Shown here: positions 1 to 12,082 of the stretch, piece after piece
Layout: the number at the start of each line of letters is the position of its first letter
How positions within the stretch are numbered: position 1 is the first letter of the stretch
DNA from: Macrostomum lignano
Lineage: Eukaryota
DNA: 63,604 bases
Direction of reading: 5' to 3'
Assembly: GCA_002269645.1 (NCBI GenBank)
Contig: NIVC01002900.1
Span: forward strand, 67,280-130,883
Made by a program: the position numbers and the translations under genes
The notes under the pieces: model-generated
The model's input: the letters and a program-made list of their open reading frames with translations, nothing else
The model's database searches: none
What the model was told of the DNA's origin: nothing

Positions 1-1351
1 GTCACTGGCAGTTGTCCTCTTCATATCCAGTTCAATTGCGAGTTGTCTCTAGTCTCGTCCTTGTTGAAAACATCGCACGAGTCTAGAGCGATCCACAGAC
101 GAAATTCTCATGTAGGGCATCTCTGACAACAATCAAAGCATGAAATGAAGATTTCAAGAAATTGGGCTACTTTTCCACAGACGAAATTCACTCACTTTCT
201 TACTTAAATTTACCATAGACACCTTCTTTTCTTACCATGGACAAAGCAAACACTTTTTCTGATCAGGCTGTATTTGCACTGACGAATTTCACTTACTTTG
301 ACGAATTCGAAGTCACTTTCTCTAAAAATTTACCATAGACACTAATTCTCTTATAGATTAGCCATATAGTTTTGCATACGCTGACGAATTTGAACTCACT
401 TTTGACGAATACGAAGTTGAAAAGGTATAGTAAATGAACAAAAGGGCAAAAATGAATACAACTAAAGAACAATTTACACGAAAGGAGTTCATGATAAATT
501 ATGTCACAGTGCACTTCATCAGTTTGTAGTTGAAATTTGATGATGCGATAATCAATGTCTCACCCAAAGTGAAATATACAGTTCTCAAAAAGGCAGTTCC
601 CAAAGATCCTCGGATACACACGAGATTCGATAGCGAATACACCGATTTATCTGCTCAACCGTTGATATCGGCAATGACTGTAACTCAACGCTATCCATTG
701 TCGAACTCAAATCCACATCAGAGACATCCATTTTCGGCAGTTCCGACGGGTCTTCATTGCGTCGGTCGTTCTCCAGCACAGTGAATGAATTCAGACAAAC
801 GCCTGGTCATCATGATGGTTCGAAAAGGTAAGCTCAGACAAAAATTACAACTCCCATATTCACACCGTTTAAGGCGTCGACAGCAAGATGTTTTCAATTA
901 AAAAGCGTTTGACGAGACGCTTCAGCCATAGTTGCTTGACGAGACAAATAGCTTTTAGTTTCTTGTTTTCGTGCTTTATTGCAGGACGCACGCGAAATAA
1001 GCATTTATTAGTGTTGTCTATGGTCAAACTAAGACGCACATCACCTAACCTAACGAGGTGAAGTCACCTCTTCAGTAGATACCTTGGCCTTTTAGTAGTT
1101 ACGGATGTTACCCCAAATAGACATCTTGCCCTCTTCAGAAGACATGCACACCTGTAAACACTCCAATAGTTGCCCACATTTTAGCATGTAAAAACTAAAC
1201 GCGCATATAATTCACGGGTTAACAGCCTTCATTTTATTCTCTTGGATAAATTGATTAAAAGTCCATTTGCAAGAAAGCTGCTAGGTCTTCATATAACTGA
1301 CATGCGCTTTGAGATCCAGGCCCTGTGTCAGAGCAACCCAGCTGCAACCTC

Positions 1352-2300
1352 TTAGACCTGACTTAGCTGCAGGGCAGGGGCTCCGGGCATCCGGGTGCAG
1401 CGGAGAGGCGTTGACGCCCATTCCGCTAACCCATGGCAACTACGGGCAGCTAGTGCTGCGGTGTTGCGCAGGGAGATCCGGTGGTGCCGGTGTCCGCCGG
1501 TGGTGCCGGTGTCCAGGAGGTGGATGGTCGCTCGCCCGGTTGCCCTAAGGTAGCGGACGAGCTGGCAGAAATTCTCGAGCCTGAAACTGACAAAACGGTC
1601 CGGGTTTGGACCTGTCCTGAGTAAAGGCGGAGCATTTACAAAGTGCTCCGCATTCTGAACACCGGAGAGGCAGAGGAGGCATTCATTAATGCGGATTTTT
1701 CCCTGGGTTTTTCCCTGCTTTGCAAAACAGCCATTGCTTGAGAGGGCCATGGTTACCGCCCTGATGTCCCTGCAGTTGAGTCTAAGCAGGGCCCTGCGGA
1801 GGTCGGGTGAGGAACAGGCGACAGTCGCGCGCGATTGCCGGCAGTCGGGGGCGTTATCCCACCTTTCTGTGCTTAGATGCCACCCACTGGTTAATACGAG
1901 TCGTGACAACGGCTGGTGGGGGTGGGGACATAGGCAAAGGAATCATTAAAAGACCCGATCGAGCCAGCCTTGGCCAGGCCATCGGCTGACTCGTTGCCGG
2001 GGTGGCCCAACTGCCCGGGGATCCATCTTAGAGACACCTAGTTGGAGGCGCCTAAGCGGTTACGCTACGCGATGCAGTCGAGAACTGTACGTGAGCAGGT
2101 GGTGATGCGCTTAAGGGCGTGGATCGTCGCTTGGCTGTCTGAGTGGAGGGTAATCTCCTTCCCCAGCCTCGTTGATTGTACGAGAATAGCTCCATGGCGA
2201 AGGCGCTGACGGCGAGCAGTGCGTGCGCAGCATTCCAGCTTCGGTGGCGACTCTGATTGCATGTAACTCTTGTAGGTCACGTGATCCGGACCGCGTTATA
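1352..2300 (-). pseudogene. Decayed non-LTR retrotransposon 3' region (RNase H plus C-terminal zinc-knuckle region; I/Loa/R1-like)
   Basis: The minus strand gives LHSDSQATIHAL...VLDCIA*RNRLGASN*VSLRWIPGQLGHPGNESADGLAKAG, matching the LINE RNase H DSQ and WxPGHxGxxGNExADxLAK motifs with in-frame stops. This is followed by [19 protein letters not shown]...CLLC...EH, a decayed CCHC region. Confidence 0.8.
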
Positions 2301-2542
2301 TCCATGCCATATTTATTTGAAACAGGATATTCTGTGGTACGAGCGTGTTTGAAGACCTAACAATAAACGCGTGTACGTGTACTAATGGACTAATTCTACA
2401 CAGTTTCACACAATTAGGGAACTTTATTCTCTGCGGGCTTCAGGTAGATGGGCCAGCGCCGTTCCTGTTTGTTGTGCCGCTTGGCTAGGGGCTGGGGACT
2501 GCTCTTCTTACCAACGACAACGGCTTTCTGCTGCCACGACGC

Positions 2543-3250
2543 GTGGGTCGACGCTATCTGGAGAGGAGGCGGCTCAGCGTGTTTGGCTACGTCGACGATT
2601 GCGCCCTGTTGTCCTCAACCGTCCTAGTGAAGCTGTACAGTCTGGTTGCTGTTGCAGCGAGTGTCAGCCTGGTGGTCAACACTCAGAAGACCATTTTGCC
2701 GGACGACATGAAGTTGCAGTTCGTCTACCTCGACGGTTTGGTTTCCGACGTCCACGGTATTCGTTCTGTAAGGGCTGGCTGTCCTGCAGTCCAAGGCCGT
2801 ATCTGACCGCCAGATGCTGGCGTTACTCCAGACGGTGGTCGAGACCGTCCTGATTTACAACGCCGAGACCTGAACGCTGGCAGAACTCGCTCGAACAGCA
2901 AGTTGATGCGGCGCATGCTGAACTGCTGCGCCACGAGTGAGATCGGCGAAGAGTGAGTCACCAACGCGGCACGCTGTATCGCCACACTGTCCTGGTCCCG
3001 TCCAAGTGACCTGTTGCACCGTCGGAGACTCCAGTTAGAAAGCCACATCAACTGCGCCGAGTCGCACTGTCCACAGATGGTGCAGGAGATGTGCTGCTGC
3101 TGCTGGCGCTTCAGGCAGCCAGCTACGGCGGTGACAAGCATGCACTCGCAGCGCTTCGTCAACTGCGTCCAGGCAGGCGCTGGCGACCCGGATTTGGTCG
3201 GCGGCGTGACCTTCGTTCGCGCCCAGGCCCCAAGCCGCCCTGTGACGCTG
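2543..3250 (+). pseudogene. Decayed RTE-like LINE reverse transcriptase C-terminal fragment
   Basis: FGYVDDCALLS (RT YxDD motif), then LVVNTQKT, then VVETVLIYNAET*TL in another frame. Frameshifts and stops are present. Confidence 0.75.
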
Positions 3251-3468
3251 CCCTAGTTTTTCTTGACATCTTGTTGTTTTTAATGATTGCTATAGTGCGT
3301 TCTACGACAATTACCTGCGCACAACTACCTGCAAGACAACTGCCTGCACTACTACTGCCTCCACGATAACTGCCTGCACATCAACCCTAATCCTAACCCC
3401 AATATCCAGGCAGCTGTCTTGCTACAGCTTACTAGTTCTGTAGTTAATGCCAAACTGATTGTTTAAAT

Positions 3469-3693
3469 CTGGGGTCGGCAAACCTTTTTACCTTGAGGGC
3501 CAGAGAAATAATCCAGCTCATGCCTGCGGGCCAGGTGAGAGAGGAAAGCAGAGGGAAGAGAGGAGAAAGAACAGGAAAGAGGAGATGAGAGAATACGAAG
3601 CGTAGAAGAGGATAGATAAGATGAGAGATGAAAGAAGAGAGCTGAGAAGACACAAGCGGGCCGGATTGCTATTGTGGAGTTTTCCGACCCCTG
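3469..3693. mobile_element. hAT (Charlie-like) MITE
   Basis: Imperfect TIRs CTGGGGTCGGCAAAC (3469) and GTTTTCCGACCCCTG (ending 3693), with internal GCGGGCC motifs. The 8-bp flanks gtttaaat/gtctagtt match at 5 of 8 positions and resemble the Charlie NTCTAGAN target. Confidence 0.7.
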
Positions 3694-4467
3694 GTCTAGT
3701 TAGTGAAGTTTCTGCTTTTACTTAATTGCCTTGTGGATTGTTAACGCAAATCTTCTAATTGTACTACTATTCAGCTACTACTAGTAGTATGCTTAAAGTT
3801 TGTCTGTTAAATGAAAAAGCGTCGTGATATGCTTGCGTAAAATCCATTGTACTGGGGGGTCGAAGGAAGTACATATTTTTTATCATTTCGCTAGCGCGTG
3901 GGAGGAGCATAGTCCAAAGTTCATCAGGTTCACTTCCAGAACAGAACAGTTAACCAAATGTAAAGTCGAATAATTGCTAGCACAGTTTAGGCTGGTCAGC
4001 TTCCGCGCGGCCTACAGGCTGCACTCTGCACTGTTTTTCTCACGCCACCGAGTTTATAACGCTTTTTACAGCAATTTCTGTTAAATCAATCCATTGGCCA
4101 AAGCTTGCCCTAATCGAAATGTGACTGGCCAAACCCTTTGCCAACTGCAGTTCTTATAGATTAGCACGAATTGCATTTTGGTGGCGAGCACTACTTATCT
4201 TCGGAAATAAGCTGTTTCGGCTTATCTTCATAGCTGGTCCCCCGTTTATTGGCACTGAGCTGACACTCTCCTCGTGGCTGTTTCAGCCGTTGCTACATGT
4301 TAGTTTTTTCTGATATTTTTCTCTACAGTAATGACTTCTTCAGATTTGAGCAAGCTAGCTTTGGGAATTATCGACTATTAAATATACTCGTAAATATATA
4401 TTCTACGACATCTCGTTTCGCTGCGTGTTGAAGACTGCTGGGTGAGTGCCTGATTTGCTCAATTTTG

Positions 4468-5142
4468 TGCTGGCGCGCCCCTGGTGCTAAAGCCCCTGGT
4501 GCTGGCGCGCCCCTGTTGCTAAAGCCCCTGGTGCTAAAGTCCTGGTGCTAAAGCCCCTGGTGCTGGTGCTCCTGGTGCTGGCGTTCCTGGTGCTAAAGCC
4601 CCTGGTGCTGGCGCTCCTGGTGCTAAAGCCCCTGGTGCTGGCGCGCCCCTGTTGCTAAAGCCCCTGGTGCTAAAGTCCTGGTGCTAAAGCCCTAGCGCTA
4701 AAGTCCTGGTGCTAAAGCCCCTGGTGCTGGTGCTCCTGGTGCTAAAGCCCCTGGTGCTGGTGCTCTTGCTAAAGCCCCTGGTGCTGGTGCTCCTGGTGCT
4801 GGCGTTCCTGGTGCTAAAGCCCCTGGTGCTGGCGCTCCTTGTGCTAAAGCCCCTGGTGCTAAAGCCCTGGTGCTAAGCCCTGGTGCTGGCGTTCCTGGTG
4901 CTAAAGCCCCTGGTGCTGGCGCTCCTGGTGCTAAAGCCCCTGGTGCTGGCGCGCCCCTGTTGCTAAAGCCCCTGGTGCTAAAGCCCCTAGTGCTAAAGTC
5001 CTGGTGCTAAAGCCCCTGGTGCTGGTGCTCCTTGTGCTGGCGTTCCTGGTGCTAAAGCCCCTGGTGCTGGCGCTCCTGGTGCTAAAGCCCCTGGTGCTAA
5101 AGCCCTGATGCTAAAGCCCTGGTGCTAAAGCCCCTGGTGCTA
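4468..5142. repeat. Minisatellite of interspersed gctaaagcccctggt / gctggcgctcctggt units
   Basis: Directly visible tandem array of mixed 14-17 bp units. Confidence 0.95.
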
Positions 5143-7290
5143 CAGCAGTGAGAATAATATGGGAAATGTCTCTAGAATGGAATATAATGTAATTCTCAGT
5201 CTCAGTCAGTGAGTGAGTGGCTTAAGTTGATAACAGGTACCCTCGAGCTTTTAGTCCGACTCAATTATGATTTCTGAGGATTTGAAGAAATCAGGCCAGA
5301 TAGTGATTTCCTGTCTGAAAGTTGCTTGAACAGAATATGCGCGTTTGAAAAGCAATTTTGACTAATTTTAGGCCGTAATTTTCTATTTCAGGGATTAGAT
5401 GATGAGATATAAAACCGCCCCAACAGTTTCTAGTGCACAGTATAGCAGAATTGTACTAATAAATTTATGCTTTCTGCATTTCTATGAGCATAAAGCAGGT
5501 ATCAATCCCAGAGTGCATTAGTAATGGAGTTTACTGCAGCTCAAATTTAGCGGGCTCAATACCCAGGTTTAATTGGCGGGTGGCGTGGGAATTACATGTA
5601 CATATAAGACTGACTGACTCAGACATCAGTCATGACAATATGAAATTATGGATGAGAGATGACATATTTCAATTAGCAATTAATAATGCAACAGACAGGC
5701 GTGGGCGGCTATTTGACTACTCAGATATTACGAGTTTAAGCTGTCTCTGCAGAGCCCACAATGGACTTTTAGCAGCCCCGACCGGAGACTGCAAACGCAC
5801 GGAGATTGCAAAGCCTAACACCGGGCAGCCACTCCCTTCATCCAAGGACGAGAGGCTTCTAGTTGGGCTCTGAGGCCGCCACACCCGTCCAAGATGATCT
5901 GCTGGGCTCCCCCCGTAGAAACACCCGATGCATGGGGAAGCTGAGTGGGCCACTCCCCCCTTCTCAAGCATTGATTTGGCCAATATTGTACAGCTTGGAT
6001 TGAATTGGCAATTTTATAAGTCCACGGAGCTGTGTAAATAATTTCAGGCCCTCTAACAATATAGTACATACATGTACGCGCGAGTGTAGAGTCAATATGT
6101 TGACGCATAAAATAAAGTGCACCACGTGAGTTAACCATCTCAAAAGAGGGCAGGACGGTAACAAGAGTCGCCTGTAAACATTGTGCTATTATGCTAGCAG
6201 AGAGTATTAAATACTCATCGGAACTTCTATTCAGTATTGTTGTTTGGGCTGTGCCGTGAGCTCCCCTTCCTTCCCTGCTTGTCGGTTAGAGTTCGCGCGG
6301 AATCAGATCGGTCCCACATGTGACTCTGCCGGCGTGGGAGTCTGTTTTCATTTGCTTCATCCTGGCGCGTCCGGTGCCCTCCCACGCCTCCCCCGTGAGT
6401 TGAGGCCATTGGAGAGCCCCCCCGCCTACGCAGCTTTCGGCCCTCATCAATGAGAAACTGCTGGGAACGAGAGGCGCTGGGCAGCTCGGCAGCTATGGGG
6501 GAATGAGGGTGGACGCGGTTTGCGGGCTCCGTCAGTGTGTACGCGTCTGGCCTGCTCAAAGTGCGCGGAACCTATCGCTTTCGCTCCCTCGCTCTCTCGC
6601 CTTACGGGGAGGCGGGTTAGGCTGGGTGCGTGGGACGGGACTGAATGAACCGGGGGGGGGGGGGGTGAAGGGTAGAGAGTACCAGAAAAACTGGAGAGCA
6701 AGGCCGGGGAGCAGGTCGGTTGGTTAAATTTTCATTCACAAAAAAACTCCACCCTACAATCTCTTTGTCCGGGGCTGATGAGTGGGTGAGAGCGATCAGT
6801 TCTCCTTCTCCGTCCCCATGCGCGTCCTTGCCCCCCCCCCCCCCTTACCCTTCCTTTCCCTCCGTACGCTGCTAATCTAGGCTTGGGCAAGGCAGGCGAG
6901 AGGAGCTCAATGGAGCTCCACGGCGTGTTGAGGTGAGGAAGAGCGGAGCAAGGGGGGGGGAAGGGAACAGCGTGGAGCGGAAAGTCCTTTTTTGGATAGC
7001 TTAGAGAAACAAGGAACAGAAACAGCTCTGAGAGTGAGTTGGAGCAGGGGAGACAGACTCGCTCAAGCATTGAAAAGTTTTTACCGCACGGAGTCCCCCC
7101 CCCCCAGTTGCATTTCCGCTGGCGCATTCCAAGCCTGCAGCGCATTGATATTGTGTGTGTGAAATGTGAAAACACCTGCCTGTTGCTATCCATCAACTCG
7201 CAGAGGCGGCTCAACCCTCAGGACAGTCGGACGCTGCTCGGACGCTGAGTTGAAGTTGTTGGCCAGAGGAGGCAACAGCGAGGCCGGCCG

Positions 7291-10200
7291 ATGCGTGTGC
7301 CGGAGTCTCCTGCCGCCAACTCCGGCGATGTCACCGACGTCCCCGTGGCACCGGGCTGGCTGATCCCGCTGGTTGCTGGCCTTGGCGCCGTCCTGCTTCT
7401 GCTGCTGGTTCTGCTGCTGATTGTGAGTTCTTTGTCATTGCGCTTGCAAGGTCACTGTTCCTAGGTGCTGAGGGTCGCATAGTCCCACAGTCATTGGTGG
7501 TCATAGTCCCACAGTCATTGGGGAGTCATAGTCCCACAGTCATTGGGGAGTCATAGTCCCACAGTTATTGGGGGTCATAGTCCCACAGTCATTGGGGGGT
7601 CATAGTCCCACAGTCATTGGGGGGTCATAGTCCCTCAGTCATTGGTGGTCATTGTCCCACAGTCATTGGGTGTCATAGTCCCAAAATCATAGAGTCATAG
7701 TCCCACAGCCATTGGTGGTCATAGTCCCACAGTCATTGGAGGTCATAGTCCCACAGTCATTGGGGGTCATAGTCCCTCAGTCATTGGTGGTCATTGTCCC
7801 ACAGTCATTGGGTGTCATAGTCCCAAAATCATAGAGTCATAGTCCCACAGCCATTGGTGGTCATAGTCCCACAGTCATTGGAGGTCATAGTCCCACAGTC
7901 ATTGGAGGTCATAGTCCCACAGTCACTGGGGGTCATAGTCCCACAGTCATTGGGGAGTCATAGTCCCACAGTCATTGGAGGTCATAGTCCCACAGTCATT
8001 GGGTGTCATAGTCCCAAAATCATAGAGTCATAGTCCCACAGTCATTGGGGTCATAGTCCTCACAGTAATAGAAAGTCATAGTCCCACAATAATGGAGAGT
8101 CATAGTCCCACAATCATGTGGAGTCATAGTTCCATACTCATGGGGTTCATAGTCCCAGGGTCATGGAGGGTAATACTACAGCAAGGAGCATCGTTTATAA
8201 CCTGAAAAAGAACCCTTTGTGTAGGTTCGCTGCGTCTGTGTGAATTTTTACAATACTCTAGTTGCTCGTGAAAATTCAAACATTTTTAGTTTTGCAGTTC
8301 AGTGCAAAGAAAAACACGATACAAAAACTACTATTGCTACTTATGTTAGGTAGTATGATTAGGTACAGGAAGCCCAGCCGAAAAAATGCAGCCGCAAAGG
8401 TGCTCGCTCATCACCCATAGTGATTCATTCAGACCTCCGCTAACGGTCCCCGAGTCCGGTGTTGTCACAACCAACCAGCTCGGCTCAAGTTTCAGTCGCT
8501 TTTTGTCTGCTGCATGCTTTCTTTCTATGCCAACGGATCGTGTTGAATTGCACTTGGGGTCCTGCACACCACTGCAATCGTGCATTAGTTAGTTCCACTG
8601 GCTGCTTTCGCTCAGTTTAGTTGTACTGCAGGGCCAGAAGAGAGCCGGACAGGAGGATATTTAGTCATAAATTCTGAAACTGGGCACTAAATGAGCTGAG
8701 TGAGTCAGCACTGACCATGGCAACATTTGGGTCAATCGTAAAAGGTCTGCAATACGCCGCTGAAACTGGTAACTGACGGTTAATGAGTGTGAGTCTATCC
8801 AAGCAGTCAATTCTTTGTCTAATACAGATTTTGTCGCTCTGCAGATGAAGAACTCTGATCCAGTGTTCACGAGCTAGCGGATGCAGAGTCTAGGAGACAA
8901 ACACAGTAAATGACATGTAGATATTCGATTCCAACTATCAATCTGCAGGGATTAGCGAATCTGGCCACCATGTTTTCACATCTTACCCTAATCCATCTCG
9001 ATTGGCTGCTCAGGTTTCCTCTATATAAGTCTCAGGTTGCCCGCCACTTCGCCTGCCTGATAAAATTCCCCGAGTTGCTTATGCAGCCGCCCTCTGACAA
9101 CAAATCGCCGCCCCGTCTGTCCCGCCCCCAGTGGTGCTGCCATCGCCGACTGCGTGGAGACAAGCCCGAGTGCAGCGGCACCGATGCCAGCGCTGGCAGC
9201 GACGCCAATGTCGGCGCAGTCAGCGCAGTCGGCGGTCTCAGCGCCAGCTTTCCGCCATTGGCGACGCCCAGCTTCGTTCAGCGGCGGGTGCAGCCGAACT
9301 CGGCAGCGGCCTCCTCGTCGGCGTCGATTTCGTCTTACTCAGCGGCCTCGTCGCCGCTGTGCCAGTCGCCTCAGCTCAGGCAGCAGCAGCCGCAGCAGCT
9401 GCAGCAGAAACCATTGGCACAGCAACACCGACCAGCAAGTCGGCAGGGCAGCAACGGTCGTCGCCAGGCCGGCCTCGGCTTGCTGGGCTCCCGTCGGGGC
9501 TCATCAGCCAGTCTGACCATCTCGCTCAGCCCCAGTTGCGAAGCCCTCCGCCAGGAGGCCAACACGCCGGATCAGGACAAAGAGCGAAGTCTGCTAGAGT
9601 GAGTCGGCTTTCATTTCAGGCTCAGCTTGCGATCTGGCTTTAAAGTTTCATTGCTTGCTAACGGGATAGGAAAACCATACGAGCGTGTAAACTTACATAC
9701 ACACAGTCATAAGGGACAAGCTCGGAGACAGACCACAGACACAGTCAACAAGCACGGATTCAGACCACAGACACAGTCAACAAGCACGGATTCAGACCAC
9801 AGACACAGTCAACAAGCACGGATTCAGACCACAGACACAGTCAACAAGCACGGATTCAGACCACAGACACAGTCAACAAGCACGGATTCAGACCACAGAC
9901 ACAGTCAACAAGCACGGATTCAGACCACAGACACAGTCAACAAGCACGGATTCAGACCACAGACACAGTCAACAAGCACGGATTCAGACCACAGACACAG
10001 TCAACAAGCACGGATTCAGACCACAGACACAGTCAACAAGCACGGATTCAGACCACAGACACAGTCAACAAGCACGGATTCAGACCACAGACACAGTCAA
10101 CAAGCACGGATTCAGACCACAGACACAGTCGCAAGCCAGTAACACGACCAACCCTCACACTACAGATCGCTTAGTCAGCCACTGAGAACCTCGGATCTGC

Positions 10201-12053
10201 TGGACCCTGTCGGCAGTCCTCAGGCTCGACTATTCCGCGAATTCTGGTCGGTGCCGATGCACCACGCCGGACGCGAGGAGCTGCCGGAGGCGGGCGCGGT
10301 AGCGAAGAATCGCTACGCCAGCATCGTGCCGAATGCGGCTACCAGAGTGGCGCTGGACGATGGCGGCTATATCAATGCGAATTTCGTGCGCGGAGCCGGT
10401 CTGGCTGAGAGGCGCTTTATCGCCACTCAGGTAAGGCTAATTGCTTGGGTAATTGACTTGCCTCCGGATTATCTTAATCGCCTTTGCTTCGGCTTGTTAT
10501 AATAGGGGGATTTTGAGGCAATAGTTCAATTACTGGGTTGTAAGCTACTTACCAGGTGTGGTAGGCTATACATGATGGAAGGTGAGGTAGGCTACATGAT
10601 GGAAGGTGAGGTAGGCTACATGATGGAAGGTGAGGTAGGCTACATGACGGAAGGGGAGGTAGGCTACATGAAGGAAGGGGAGGTAGGCTACATGAAGGAA
10701 GGGGAGGTAGGCTACATGATGGAAGGTGAGGTAGGCTACATGATGGAAGGTGAGGTAGGCTACATGAAGGAAGGGGAGGTAGGCTACATGAAGGAAGGGG
10801 AGGTAGGCTACATGAAGGAAGGGGAGGTAGGCTACATGATGGAAGGGGAGGTAGGCTACATGAAGGAAGGGGAGGTAGGCTACATGAAGGAAGGTGAGGT
10901 AGGTCACATGATGGAAGTTAATGTAGGCTACATGACGAAAGGTGAGATAGGCTACATGATGTAAGATGAGGGAGACTGCATGATGGATGGTGAGGGAGAC
11001 TGCATGATGGATGGTGAGGGAGACTGCATGATGGATGGTGAGGGAGACTGCATGATGGATGGTGAGGGAGACTGCATGATGGATGGTGAGGGAGACTGCA
11101 TGATGGATGGTGAGGGAGACTGCATGATGGATGGTGAGGGAGACTGCATGATGGATGGTGAGGGAGACTGCATGATGGATGGTGAGGGAGACTGCATGAT
11201 GGATGGTGAGGGAGACTGCATGATGGATGGTGAGGGAGACTGCATGATGGATGGTGAGGGAGACTGCATGATGGATGGTGAGGGAGACTGCATGATTAAT
11301 TTACCGCCAACTGCAGGGCCCACTGGCCGAGACCCTAGCCGACTTCTGGCAGATGATCTGGGAGCAGCGGCCCAGCGCTATCGTCATGCTCACAGACCTG
11401 GTAGAGCGGGACAGGCCAAAGTGCGAGCTGTACTTTCCACTGCACGTTGGCGACCGGATGAGGCACGGCCGGGTGACCGCCGAGCTGCTTGAATTGGACA
11501 ACGGCGAGCAGGGATTTCAACGGCGACTCTTGCGACTTGATGTGAGACGAAGCGATAGGGAGTACTCTCTGCTAGCTGGATTGTGATGGGTGAAACTTAT
11601 CCGCTAATCTGCATCTACAGTTACTATCAGTAGTTGACAAGCATTTGTATACCCTATTTTAACCGACAATACTGACGGTTCCGCCCACAGCACACTGAGC
11701 AGCCGAGCAGCGGTGAGTCCCTGCTGGTTGAGCACCTGTGGTTCCGCAGCTGGCCCGATCACACATCGCCCGATTCGGCTGTTTCCCTGCTGCCCCTGGC
11801 AGAGCGGTCCGTGTCGTTGCCCGGCCTGCTGGTGGTTCACTGCAGCGCCGGCCTGGGCCGCACCGGCGCCTTCTGCGCCCTGTGCATCTGCATCCGCCAG
11901 CTGCTGGACACGGGCGCCTGCGACTGCTTGGCAACGCTCTGCCGCCTGCGACTGGACCGCGGCGGGATGGTGCAGTCGCACGAGCAGTACGAGTTTCTGC
12001 ACACCGCGTTGCGCCACTTTGCCCTGACTCGGCTGGCCACTGCCGACCGGTGA
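7291..12053 (+). CDS. PTPRR: Membrane-anchored KIM-containing protein tyrosine phosphatase (PTPRR/PTPN5/PTPN7, PTP-ER family), 5 exons, about 483 aa
   Basis: Phase-consistent GT-AG exons: 7291-7422, 9132-9598, 10166-10430, 11317-11541, 11691-12053. Motifs: TM segment WLIPLVAGLGAVLLLLLVLLLI-WCCHRR, KIM-like LLGSRRGSSASLTISL, KNRY, YINAN, IATQGP, DFWQMIW, WPDH, VHCSAGLGRTG and MVQSHEQY. The start codon is inferred and upstream exons are possible. The symbol is family-level. Confidence 0.9.
7478..8160. repeat. ~24-bp minisatellite (gtcatagtcccacagtcattgggg) in PTP intron 1
   Basis: Tandem array visible. Confidence 0.95.
9730..10130. repeat. 32-bp minisatellite (cagacacagtcaacaagcacggattcagacca) in PTP intron 2
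   Basis: Near-perfect tandem array. Confidence 0.95.
10560..11295. repeat. Two abutting, related 24-bp minisatellites in PTP intron 3
   Basis: gtaggctacatgatggaaggtgag (about 10560-10960) followed by ggagactgcatgatggatggtgag (about 10965-11295). Confidence 0.95.
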
Positions 12054-12082
12054 GGGCGGGCCCGCGGAGACTGCAGTCTGGA

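Noticed and set aside
6770-6810. Hammerhead ribozyme core (CTGATGA), also at about 46610
   Set aside because: There is no properly placed GAAA with a pairable stem II and flanking stems.
5484-7100. Short ORFs and G/C-run-rich segment upstream of the PTP TM exon
   Set aside because: No recognisable domains, termini or consistent splice pattern.
8346-8870. Possible decayed transposase ORFs in PTP intron 1
   Set aside because: No diagnostic motif was recognised; a translated HMM search would be needed.
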